A DNA stretch of 64,000 nucleotides from Mytilus trossulus (lineage: Eukaryota), in contig NC_086381.1 in assembly GCF_036588685.1 (NCBI RefSeq), positions 47,802,001 through 47,866,000 on the forward strand, read 5' to 3'. The translations under genes and the position numbers were made by a program. The notes below the pieces were generated by a model. It searched no databases. It was given only the letters and a program-made list of their open reading frames with translations, and was not told the origin of the DNA. This document shows, piece after piece, positions 12,493 to 24,400 of this stretch. Within the stretch, counting starts at the first letter, position 1. The number at the start of each line of letters is the position of its first letter.

Positions 12493-15400
12493 GCAACTAT
12501 CCATCTGAGACCGAATGAGAAAAGATGAGATGTTTATTTACTCAACAAAATCTTGATATAAAAATCTTCAAATAAATATCTACGTAATATGAAAACTTCT
12601 GACTTAAAATAAATCAAAATTAAAGAAAAGTATCTACATTTTAGTATCACACCATAATTGTTTCTTTGTAATTGAATCTTCAATCGTATGCTCACGTCTG
12701 ATGTTGTTTTTAATGTGAAATAATTTACTTGTTATATATAAAGATAATTGACTAATTTCAAATAATCACTTCTAATTACTCGGGTTTTCTTTCAGTAGCA
12801 TGTTTATTCCGAATATGAATGTTTCATCTAAGAAAGCACGTGTTCCAAAGGACAAACAATCAATAACAGTAGATATTGTGATACAAGGCAATATATGCCG
12901 TCACGTATTTCATAAATCAGATATTTTTCTTATTTTAGATACGGATGTTGTATTGAAAAAAACGTCTACCAACACACACTTATTCGGTAATAATATTTAA
13001 TACGAATATAGTGATAAGGCAACCAATATTTTCGAATATTTTTTCTCAATATAAGTTTTTTATTACAAACAAAACATCAACTAACAATCAATCCGTTATA
13101 TCAAATACGATTATAGTGATAAAAGACATGACCACTTAATTTACAAGACATTACATGATAACCAGAAGCAATCGGAGTTGACTGATAAACATTTACAGAC
13201 ACTTGAGAGCAAATACTGTTGTTTATATCTTAAAAAGATAGTCGAAAGCAAAGCAAGCAAAACGAATAATAATCAGAAAACTATGATAGCAATATCTTCA
13301 GTCTTATAGCGTTAGGCGAGTCGAGTAGGCCAAATCATGTGCATTTATCATTGAGTATCGGATTATTTGCGATGTCATACAAGTGCTAGTGTTGGCTAGC
13401 TATACAACTACATTAAATCAATGTTTTGCTACATAGTCAAATACATATACCAAATAAGGAAATGTTTTAATTACTTTTCGTTTGTTTGATGTTTGAGCTT
13501 TTGCTTTTGCCCTTTTATAATAGCCTTTCAGTTTTTTTTTTTATTATTTTATTTTTTACTAGGGGTAGCTATTCAATAGCTATTTTGGGTCGCTATACCA
13601 TTGTTAGCAATATCCTTCAAAAAGACAATCAATCAAGGTCGTTTCAATTTTATCTAAAGCATTTTAGTCATTACAAAATTAATATAATACAGCAAATCAT
13701 ACATTTAACCAGTAGATTTTAAATGTTTTAAAACCATGTGTTCTATTGTGGTCTATTACAATTTTGTATTAGTTAACATGTTTAGGTTATATTAGTTTTA
13801 GATCTTAATACAGAGATATAAGAAGTTTGGTGTTAATCAAACACATTACAAATTTGAAACCTTTGTATTCCCAATTTGTTTAATTTGGATTGATTGATTG
13901 TTATTTGTTTGACGTCTAGTATCAAAAAGTTCATGTATGTTCGGATATAGAACAATCAAAACAATATGCAATTCCTTTAAAAGTAGTTTGTCATGGTTGT
14001 ATTGAATCTCATTTTAGGGTATTAAATAAAATATAACTGTCTTCTAAAACTGGTGGTACGGTGTGGGGTTATATTTTACCGATCAGTCACACAATAATGT
14101 ATGTACAAAGAAGAGGTTGGATCCTATCAAATGTTATGTAATAATAGTTCGTTGATAAACAGGATTACATGGTAGTGTACTATGCTTGCTTAAGAGAGAG
14201 TCGGAATTTTCCAAATGAATATTTATACTCTTACTCACTTATATAAACAGAAACATACAACGTAATACTCAAGCAGCTATACATAAGAGATTGCGACACT
14301 CAAACGTAATCATACGAGAAAACTGACAACGCCATATCCACCAAATATCATGGTCAAACGTGCACTTTGTGACTTCATATTACCTTGACATTAAAGTGTA
14401 CTGTAATGTCATAAGAAAGTACACGCATTATAACAACATTAAAATTGTTATATACAAGATTAAAGGAAAGTATGGGGTATCACAAATTAATTGTTTATTA
14501 TTGATTTTGTTCTCTTCTCATCTTGACGTCTTATAAACAATGTTGAGTTTATACATTATCTTGGTTTTTACATACCTCTATATATGATTATTTTAATGAT
14601 TAAAAGGTCATTTCAATCGTTTTTCTAGATAGAATATCATTTTAAAATGTATTTTTGTATTTCTAAAGGCAATATAAAGATTCAAAATATAGATTAATCG
14701 GTAATGTTAACGATAAAGATAGTAATACAACTGTATCATTCTCAATATGGTATTTTATATATTTATGTTTATTTTTACAAAGAAAGTTTAGCAATAAACA
14801 ATCAGTCTATAATATTAAAGACGAAAATAGTTCTGTAATAAAAAGCATGAACAAATCGTGTATTCAATTTCCCTTGATATGTCACAAAAGGAATAATAAT
14901 TAAAAGCGATATGAGAACACTGATGAACGATTATAGAATCTGAAGAGCAAAACATGCTGTATCTATCTAATGTATATTATTCATGCGCACTTATAAGGAA
15001 TGAGTACTTGGTATTTATATTTCGTTCCTCGATAAACAATCATGTTGTTCGAAATGTACTTTAGATACCAGTCTTGTATTACATTTCAAGTTTCCGGTGC
15101 ATGACAACACATGTAGTCCGTGTTTTTTTTAATATATTTCTGGAGCCTTTTTTCTGTTTGATTAAAAGTTTATTCTGAATTAAAACACATACGATTAATA
15201 CAAATTTAGTAAATCTTTTTGGGGGATATCAAACCAAGAAAGTTGAAGGTTATCATGTTTACTGTAAGTATAGCAGCTAAGTAAAAACAGCAAACATATG
15301 GTAAAAAATAAGTGTTGAATTCAGGGTTTCAAATTTTTTTATCTCAAAATTACCTAGATTTTAATAACAATTTGTGTTTCGCATTTTATTGTGTTTTTGT

Positions 15401-18083
15401 TTTTAATTCAAATATCGGCAGTTTGGATGTACATGTAAGCCTTTAAAACTGTCAATTACATGAGAGATGCAAAAAAAAATCAATTCAAATACATTTAATG
15501 TTTATCTAATGTTATTGTTAATCTTAGCTGCAGAATTATAATATATCAAAACTTTACTTCCTTTTACTAAGAAATGTAACACATTTTTTGGCAAATAACA
15601 TGTTGTATTGTGGTGTTGTACAATTTTATATTGCCTTATTTCATTTGTTGACATAAAATGCAGTTTTAGTTTTAAACAAGACATAATTTAAAAGTAAATC
15701 GGTTGAATCTTAAAAGAAACCTTTAAATTGAAATCCTTTTAAATTCATTCACAACAGTTTTGCATTGGATTGCGTGATTGCTGTTAAATAACCAATTTTT
15801 ATAAAATGTCATCCTTTTCAGTATTGATGATTTATTTTAGAGAAGTAAGGTTAACAACAAGCGTGCAATGTGTAAACGTAAAAAAAAGATAAAGTGAAGT
15901 AAGGCTTCGAAGGTTTTCTAAATCCCATATTAGTGTTTTTTTTTTTGTTTCCAGCTAAGTCAATCAAAGCCAAAGAACAATCAATGTGTACTATTAAAGA
16001 CACATATAACGTTAAAAGTATGAACAAATCATATATCCGATTCCCTTGATATGTTACAAGACGAAACATTATATCCAAAGCGATCTGAATAAACTGAAGT
16101 ACCTTTTTAGATACTAAGGAGCAAGGAATGTTGATTATATCTTTAAAGAGAATCAACAGTCAATCACATACATTTAAAATAAACTGATTTTGATACTTAT
16201 AACTTTATTGTGCGCAAGAGAATGAATGCGAAAATAGAAGGTGGATGCTGTAGACGAGTTCCTATGCTCTTTTACTGAATATGTAATTGGTATTTATGAT
16301 TCGTGGTTAGGTAGTTAGAAACATCCTGTTCACAATGCACTTCACAGAAATACTTAAGTAAGCAGATACATTTATTCATGATTTGTTTGACTATTATTTT
16401 ATTAAGTCCAGTACACAATATAACAATAACGGAATAGTCCTTGATAGATGCAGCAGAATTTGGTTAACTACATTGTAAAAAAAAAAAACTTGTCCGAAGC
16501 AAGTTCGAAACTCATATAATGGCTGAAAATTAAACCGAAAAAGAGTTTGACGATGATGATTGATATTCGGTGCTGTGAATTTATTTACAATTACCAGGTT
16601 AATTTTCAAAATCTTCTCTTCCATATATGTGAAGCTTTCTTATAGGTACACATTGAACATAATTAACTTCAGAATTAGATTGAATAGTGTGTTATGTTTA
16701 GCACATGACCATTGTACTTACATCGTCGTATAAAACGATGAATGCATTAACGGTTCGAATTCGCTTATGAATACCATTAAATGAGGGTTTACGCGAATGA
16801 CACCCTAATCAAGCGAAACAACAAATCAACGAATTCCAGCGGTCAACATACATACTAAACTTTTAGAAATGCAACTTCATAATATACCTAGCAGTAAGTT
16901 GTCCCAAATAAAGATATGATTTAGTTGTAATGACAATTAGGTGTAACTGTAAGTAACTCCGTAATTTGATAGCAATTTAACAATAAGTTGTCTAGAGATT
17001 TCTGGAATTATCAGACACGCATAACTTCTATCTATAAATCAGAATAAAGGTGACACCGATATAGAATGGTAAGGTGTGTACATTTTTTTGGCAATGTTTA
17101 CATTTGTTATCAAAATGCTTGATTCTTACAAAGACTGGTACTTCAATATAGCAAGAATACATAATGATGATTTCTTCGTGACAACTTGAAACGTATAACG
17201 ATTTTAGAAAACAAACTGTCGATTAACTTGGTGTACGATATACATCACCTTAATGATTAATTGCTATCCAGCTTCTAGTTCTATTTACATTACTAGTTTA
17301 TTCAAGAATTTTGTTTGCCTTTCTATGCATCGTTTTCGAACTAACGCATGTGCTGAATGTTTCAATACAAACGGACAAAATACAAAACGGAATGCAAACT
17401 CAAAAAGACGCAAACGTGCCATTCCATTCTTTATAAATGAATTAAGATGGCTGATAGCACTAGGCCGATCCAGTTCGTCGTAGTCATCAGGAACAATAGG
17501 CCAATTAATTTGGAACCTTATGTGTCATTTGATTTACAGTTACAATTACAGGCATTGAGTGCTTAATTATAGCCGATTCTTTTTGAATGAAAGATAATCT
17601 ATTTGTTGACTGTGAACATTAGATTGTCAACAATCATTGATATTAAAAAGGAAACCACAGATGGATTATGTCTGCAATGTATAATCTTTACCTAGTTTTA
17701 AAAAAACCAGAATCATAATTAGTTGGTATACGAACATATGTACCACCTCAACATTATAGAAGAAAATTGGATCCCTGACAAACGCCATATTATCATGATA
17801 TGTGGGAATATGCGTCAGAGACGGCACGGATATCCTCCATGTTCTGTTGCAACAATCTGTTTTTTTTAAAACATATATACTAAAACCTAATTCACATTAT
17901 ATGAACACCTATTAATACTGCTTATTTTATGAAATTTGTATTATTGTCAATTACACAGTCAACTCTCCACAAATAAACTTAATGACACAGAGTTTCAACT
18001 AAAGCTCATTGTATGGCGTTCAACAATGAGCGTATACCATACTGCATAATTATCTATATAACATAAACGATACCAATGTTTCT

Positions 18084-18180
18084 GCCCCTGATGCAAATTT
18101 TGACAATCAATGTCTTTTCAGTGATTCTCAAGACCAAAGCATTTGTACACCCACAACCTATTAAAAAAATGGAGAGCTAT
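18084..18180 (-). mobile_element. Degenerate hammerhead-like fragment of a third retrozyme-type family (also ~45244-45320)
   Basis: Reverse complement gaatca-ctgaaaa-gaca(ttgat)tgtc-aaaat-ttgc-atc keeps the HHR layout and a GACA/UGUC stem II, but the core Gs are lost. Confidence 0.45.
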
Positions 18181-18261
18181 AACAAAATAGACAAAATCAA
18201 CAAAATAGACAAAATCAACAAAATAGACAAAATCAACAAAATAGACAAAATCAACAAAATA
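18181..18261. repeat. 18-bp perfect minisatellite (aacaaaatagacaaaatc x ~4.5)
   Basis: Direct reading of the sequence. Confidence 0.95.
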
Positions 18262-19655
18262 AGCATAACTAAAACCAGGCAAAAGGGAGATACATTCCTT
18301 AATTTCAAATATTTTTCAATTACGACCCGGCTGGTGACATGCTATCAGTCCACCAGCAGCGATAAAAAAGGCACCAAAATATCAAATAAAAGACTATTCA
18401 AACCAAAACACTAACGGCCTATTGTATGTACACAATGAAAGCAAAATATGCAAACAACATTTTGATGCTCAGGAGTTATCGTTTTCTTATGTTGTTCATA
18501 AATGTCTCTGATTCGACTTATCGATGTTGTATTATGGTTAAAGGTTTAATAAAAAAAAATCTATATATAAAATGTAACCTATTTGATTATTTCTTATTAT
18601 TTCAATGAATAATATATTATATTCTTCATAAAAAGCATATTTATGGTTAAATAGAATCATATATACATAAATGCATCTTGCCATGAATCGTTAAAACATC
18701 TGCTGACAGTATAATCGTTATATTTATTCACTAAAACAAGTTCAATCGGCTTTCTTATCTTTATGGAATTATTATATTTCAATTTTCTTTAAGTTACACG
18801 GAGTTTTTCGTTAGTCTTGCGTGTGTTAAGTTTTTGATGATAAATGTCTTAGAAAATCAGAAAGATAATTCAATTATCAACTTTTTATTGTAGTAAAATT
18901 CAGTTATATATTTTATTTGCACGTTATTTTAACAAGTTTGTAAATTGTGCGTGGCAAAGGCATCACATCCTGGATACCAACATTAATATCAATATTTAGT
19001 GCATGTTTCTTAACTTAGACGTATCACGCGGTTAATTAAGAATTCTATACTAACAGAAGAGACCCATAACTTATATTACTATTTCAAAGTTGATAAATTT
19101 TATTCAGTATTAACAATCATACATCTGTTTACAAGCAAAATATCAGATATATTTGTTTTGCTTTAGAATAAGGAGAGGTCTATCAGTTGGCTTAATACAT
19201 TTTTAATCTGATAGAGTTTTTTCAGAAACCTAAAATATAACACAAACAACTGCTCAAGATAACAACAACTAAAAAGCATGATTATGTAGTTTATTGCAAT
19301 TTTAGCAGGTAATTTATTGACAGATTTAAGCTTGATGGTCATAAATGAACTTTTTCGTACTATTGTGTTTTTGTCATCCTCGTGCTAAGCGATGTATAAA
19401 ATTGATAAACGAGTATTTAAAATATATTATCTCACATTTAGTATAAATTAATTGAATTCACTGTCGATTTATGAAGTAAACAGCAGTTCTTTTCGTTCTA
19501 CCTAATGATTATAATGATTATCATTATTCAACATCAAGCTTCAAATATTGGCAATATACATGCATTGTAGTTCTAAATTATATGAAAACCGATCAAACTT
19601 ATTTCTTATAGATTGTAAAACAGTATGTACAACACATGATTGCTATGTAATGTTT

Positions 19656-21521
19656 AAATTATTTGACCGCATTACCAAAACTGAACGTTATGTGAACTTT
19701 AAATTGTAAATCTATATACCTGCATAGTAAATCAGCCTTATTTTTTAGTTCAGGATTCAATGTATAATATAATCATGACAATGGACAGCAATATTGCAAT
19801 ATAATAACAACAAATCTTTGTTCGCATAAATTTATGATACCAGCATGTCCTCATTTTATTCAAAATATTGATACGTAACAAAATTTCAGTAGTTTTGATA
19901 CCTCCAGCAGACTTGTACAACAAAATTTTTTGACCGCATTACCAAAACTGAACATATGTGAACTTTAAATTGTAAATCTATATACCTGCATAGTAAATCA
20001 GCCTTATTTTTTAGTTCAGGATTCAATGTATAATATAATCATGACAATGGACAGCAATATTGCAATATAATAACAACAAATCTTTGTTCGCATAAATTTA
20101 TGATACCAGCATGTCCTCATTTTATTCAAAATATTGATACGTAACAAAATTTCAGTAGTTTTGATACCTCCAGCAGACTTGTACAACAAAATTTTTTGAC
20201 CGCATTACCAAAACTGAACATATGTGAACTTTAAATTGTAAATCTATATACCTGCATAGTAAATCAGCCTTATTTTTTAGTTCAGGATTCAATGTATAAT
20301 ATAATCATGACAATGGACAGCAATATTGCAATATAATTACAACAAATATTTGTTCGCATAAAATTTAGGATACCAGCATGTCCTCATTTTATTCAAAATA
20401 TTGATGCGTAACAAAATTTCAGTAGTTTTGATACCTCCAGCTAACTTGTACAACAAAATTATTTGACCGCATTACCAAAACTGACCATGCTGACCATATG
20501 TGTACTTTAAATTGTAAATCTATAATCCTGCATAGAAAATCATACTTTTTTTTATGTCAGGATTCAATGTATAATATAATCATGACAATGGACAGCAATA
20601 TTGCAATATAATAACAACAAATTTTTGTTCGCATAAATTTATGATACCAGCATGTTCTTATTTTATTCAAAATATTGATACGTAACAAAATTTCAGTAGT
20701 TTTGATACCTCCAGCTGACTTGTTAAACAAAATTAGTTGACCGCATTACCAAAACTGACCATATGTGCACTTATTTTGTAAATCTATATACCCCGGGCCC
20801 ATAGTAAATCAGCCATATTTTTTTATGTCAGGATTCAATGTATAATACAATCATGACAATGGACAGCAATATTGCAATATACTAACAACAAATTTTTGTT
20901 CGCATAAATTTAGGATACCAGCATGTCCTCATTTTATTCATAATATTGAAACGTAACAAAATTTAAGTAGTTTTGATACCTCCTGCTGACTTGTTCAACA
21001 CAATTATTTGACCGCATTACCAAAACTGACCATATGTGCACTTATTTTGTAAATCTATATACCCCGGGCCCATAGTAAATCAGCCATATTTTTTATGTCA
21101 GGATTCAATGTATAATACAATCATGACAATTGACAGCAATATTGCAATATAATAACAACAAATGTTTGTTCGCATAAATTTAGGATACCAGCATGTCCTC
21201 ATTTTATTCATAATATTGATACGTAACAAAATTTAGGTAGTTTTGATACCTCCTGCTGACTTGTACAACAAAATTATTTGACCGCATTACCAATACTGAC
21301 CATATGTGAACTTTAAATTGTAAATATATGTACCCGCATTGTAAATCAGCCATATTTTATCTGTCAAGATTCAATGTATAATACAAACATGACAATGGAC
21401 AGCAATATTGCAATATAATAAGAACAAATCTTTGTTCGCATGAATTTTGGATACCAGCATCTCCTCATTTTATTCAAAATATTGATACATGACAAAATTT
21501 CAATAGTTTTGATACCTCCAG
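19656..21521. repeat. Tandem array, ~7 x 266-274 bp
   Basis: gaccgcattacca starts at 19665, 19932, 20198, 20465, 20739, 21010 and 21280. Confidence 0.97.
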
Positions 21522-22310
21522 TATGTATAGTAGTTCATGATGGTGTGTAAAACAAAACTATTATGCTGCATCATCAAAGTACAAACACTGAAATGACTGA
21601 CATGTCTGAATTCATTTGTACTATTTCCAATTATTTAATAAAGAAAAGGTATACGAGGTTATCTTCTGGGAATCTATTATGTCGGTTGATTGATTTTGTT
21701 TATAGTTCAACGTCAAGTGGTAACTATTTCATTAAATTGCGTATTGAGTATAATTTTGGGACGTCCCATAAATCGGCAAAGACACATATCTCGTTAAATC
21801 TGACGAAATCGACGTGATTGTTGATAGTTTCATCACACCGTATGCTTACGGACACTGTACAATGTCTGTTAGAATATTCTGCGGGAAATAGCATAGTAAA
21901 TCCAATGCAAACAAGTTAAATAACAATGAAATATCCATGCATGTATAACTTTATGCATAAAGTAACATTTAGGAAGGAACAGGTAAAAAACGGGGAACGA
22001 AGCTACGTAGACAATGTTGTTGATATCCCGTGATATAAGAATATTGTTCCGATGCGTTGGACAACCTTTCTACCCGCCTTCTAATAATAATTAAAACAAA
22101 CCACTATATGTGATTGCATATGGATTTTTTTTTTATTTATTTAAGAATACATGTATATCAAATAATAAAAAGAGAATGTGTATAATATCTAGTAAAGTCT
22201 AGCGAGTAAATAATAAATGATATCTGTGGAAAAACAATGCGAATATTGTTTATGTATTTTAATTAAAGTTCAAGTCTGATATGAAAACTCTTATAAGGAT
22301 ATACTGTCAT

Positions 22311-22565
22311 AGCAGACTTGTCCACAGGTCTGGTCAAAAGCAGACCTGTCCTCAGGTCCGGTCAGGAGCAGACCTGTCCACAGGTCTGGTCTGAGGCAGA
22401 CCTGTCCTCAGGACTGGTCAAAAGCAGTCATGTCCACAGGTCTGGTCTGGGGCAGACCTGTCCTCAGGACTGGTCAAAAGCAGACTTGTCCACAGGTCTG
22501 GTCTGGAGCAGACCTGTCGATAGGTCTGCAGCAGTCCTAAAAAAGCAGACCGTAGGTCTGGTCCA
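22311..22565. repeat. 28-bp palindromic minisatellite (~8.5 units)
   Basis: gcag(a/t)c recurs every 28 nt from 22312 to 22508. Core CAGACCTGT-CC-ACAGGTCTG. Confidence 0.95.
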
Positions 22566-24206
22566 CCAACGATGAAGTAAACTTGCTTGACTGCTTAAAA
22601 ATTCTCAAGTTAACTAAGAAAGCAGTCAACAAGTTAACTCTTAGTTAACTTTTGTCAAGGTAAGGACCATCTGTAGGTCCAACTGAATAAAGAGAAAACA
22701 CGCCATGAAAACTGAACAAAATAAGGAATGTCTAATGCAACATCCAACGCATGAATAAAGATAAAAATCCGGTGTGAAAGTTTAACCAAATATCAAGAAA
22801 GCAAATGAGAACCCGATGTCATGGTTCAAAACTAATTTAAAATATGCTTTAGAACTATTCTAACCGGTAATTGTTCAACATATTTAGTATACAGACGTTA
22901 TAGAACTGTTTAAGACAAGCGTGTTAATCTCGATTTTTTTCAAATAATGCCCAACTATATTAATAGGTTATAGGACAATTAGGTGTTCACCATTATAGTA
23001 TAACTCCTAACACTACGTTTTAATTTGTTTAAAGCACCAATCAATGTTGATACAGTGTCGATACCGAAAAGGGACATTCAAACTCATACGTCGAACTAGC
23101 AACGCCATGGCTAAAAATTAAATAAACAAACTGACAAATTATAGCTCAGAGAACCAGTATAGATATCAACTAAATAATGTGCAACACAAATTACACCAAG
23201 ACCTCGAGGTGATCATAGGAGATTCAAAATTGTGTAATCAAATTTAACTTCAATAATGCTGAATCACATGGATAATGCATCTATCAACCATTGGCTTAAA
23301 TACAAAGATATTAGAAATACTACAATATATCAACTGTATATAATGCAATTGTGCAACTAAACAGCTGCTGTGTTATTGCTAATGAAATGTGCATTAATAC
23401 ACCAATATAAATAGTTTACAATGTTTATCAAATTTGCAAGCTTTAAAATATGCATTAAATTAAAACATTTATTTATATAAACTTATTGTTGCAGATTTAT
23501 GTTAATAGTAATGGGAGTTTTATAAGATTTGTTTTAGTGGTACATTATATTTGCACTACATAATTTATTTCTAATCATGCTAACAATGATATCTTCATAT
23601 TTCAACGTTTCTAAAGATAATGGTGTCGTTTATTCATATCTAACTCAGTACATAATTGTTGAGGAACAACGGGTTTTTGAAAAGTTGAATGATAGTCCCT
23701 GTATATCCAATACTTTCATTTATTTGCATAGCTTCATACATAATATGAAAAGAAATCACATAAAATATGCCTTATTCCCTGTTATTAATACTTGGTACAC
23801 AAATGAAGTAATGGTTTTCAACAGGGGAATACAGTATTAACGGTTACATTCCAAATAAATTAAACACCTAAGCCTGTGTGTGATTGACAAGACTATTGCT
23901 ATCCCATATTTCTTGGTGGTTTAGTTGGTCCCCATTTCTAGGCCAATCTATTGTTTTATGTAACTCGTAATAAATATTTTATGTTTTTTTCCACCCCTTA
24001 TAACCTCCACTCCCAAGGCACCGAACCCAAACATCGCCTCACTGTCACCTAATAAACGAAAACAAAAAGAAAAACATCTCAACAATCTTGTGTTAGAATA
24101 AGAACTTCTAATTCTTTTTTCAAAGAGCGCCCCTCCCCTCCCTTTATCAAATCCATGATATGCATCTTGGTAAGTTCACAATTTTTTTTAATTAACAAAA
24201 ACTTAC

Positions 24207-24400
24207 CTGCAACAAGCGTCACAGATTGTTTCGGTGTAGGTTTTGTAGTTAGAATTATCCACTTGGAATATTTCACTGATGACAGTATTCAAAAGTATGT
24301 CTTGACGTATTGAAAATTAATCGAAAAGTAAGATCAAGTCTCTAAGCAATAATCAGTTGTAATAATAACTGTAAATATCATCAGGAAAAACTATTGGCGT
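24207..24400 (-). pseudogene. Exon-like relic D (paralogous donors at 3829, 39808, 59087)
   Basis: AG|GTAAGTT donor is present in all four copies. The terminal reading is ...TTKPT.(K/E)QSVTLVA-G in phase 1. Acceptor not located; the frame is broken between copies. Confidence 0.35.

Larger units (their letters stand above)
170..17850. repeat. Segmental duplication unit, copy 1 of 4
   Basis: Collinear landmarks recur in the other copies: (g/a)tg(c/t)taagcgatg at ~932/19381/36416/55768; gaattcactg at ~1057/19454/36532/55881; aacttacct at ~3822/24200/39801/59080; atg(c/t)cgaag at 6400/25801/41081. Boundaries approximate. Confidence 0.9.

Noticed and set aside
18076-18414. 112-aa ORF with NKIDKI repeats
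   Set aside because: It is held open by the 18-bp minisatellite and repeat fragments, with no splice or homology support.
22311-22575. CRISPR-like palindromic repeats and the 85-aa ORF over them
   Set aside because: The units are head-to-tail with only ~8 semi-conserved nt between palindromes. There are no unique spacers or cas genes, and the context is eukaryotic. The ORF is a by-product of the repeat.
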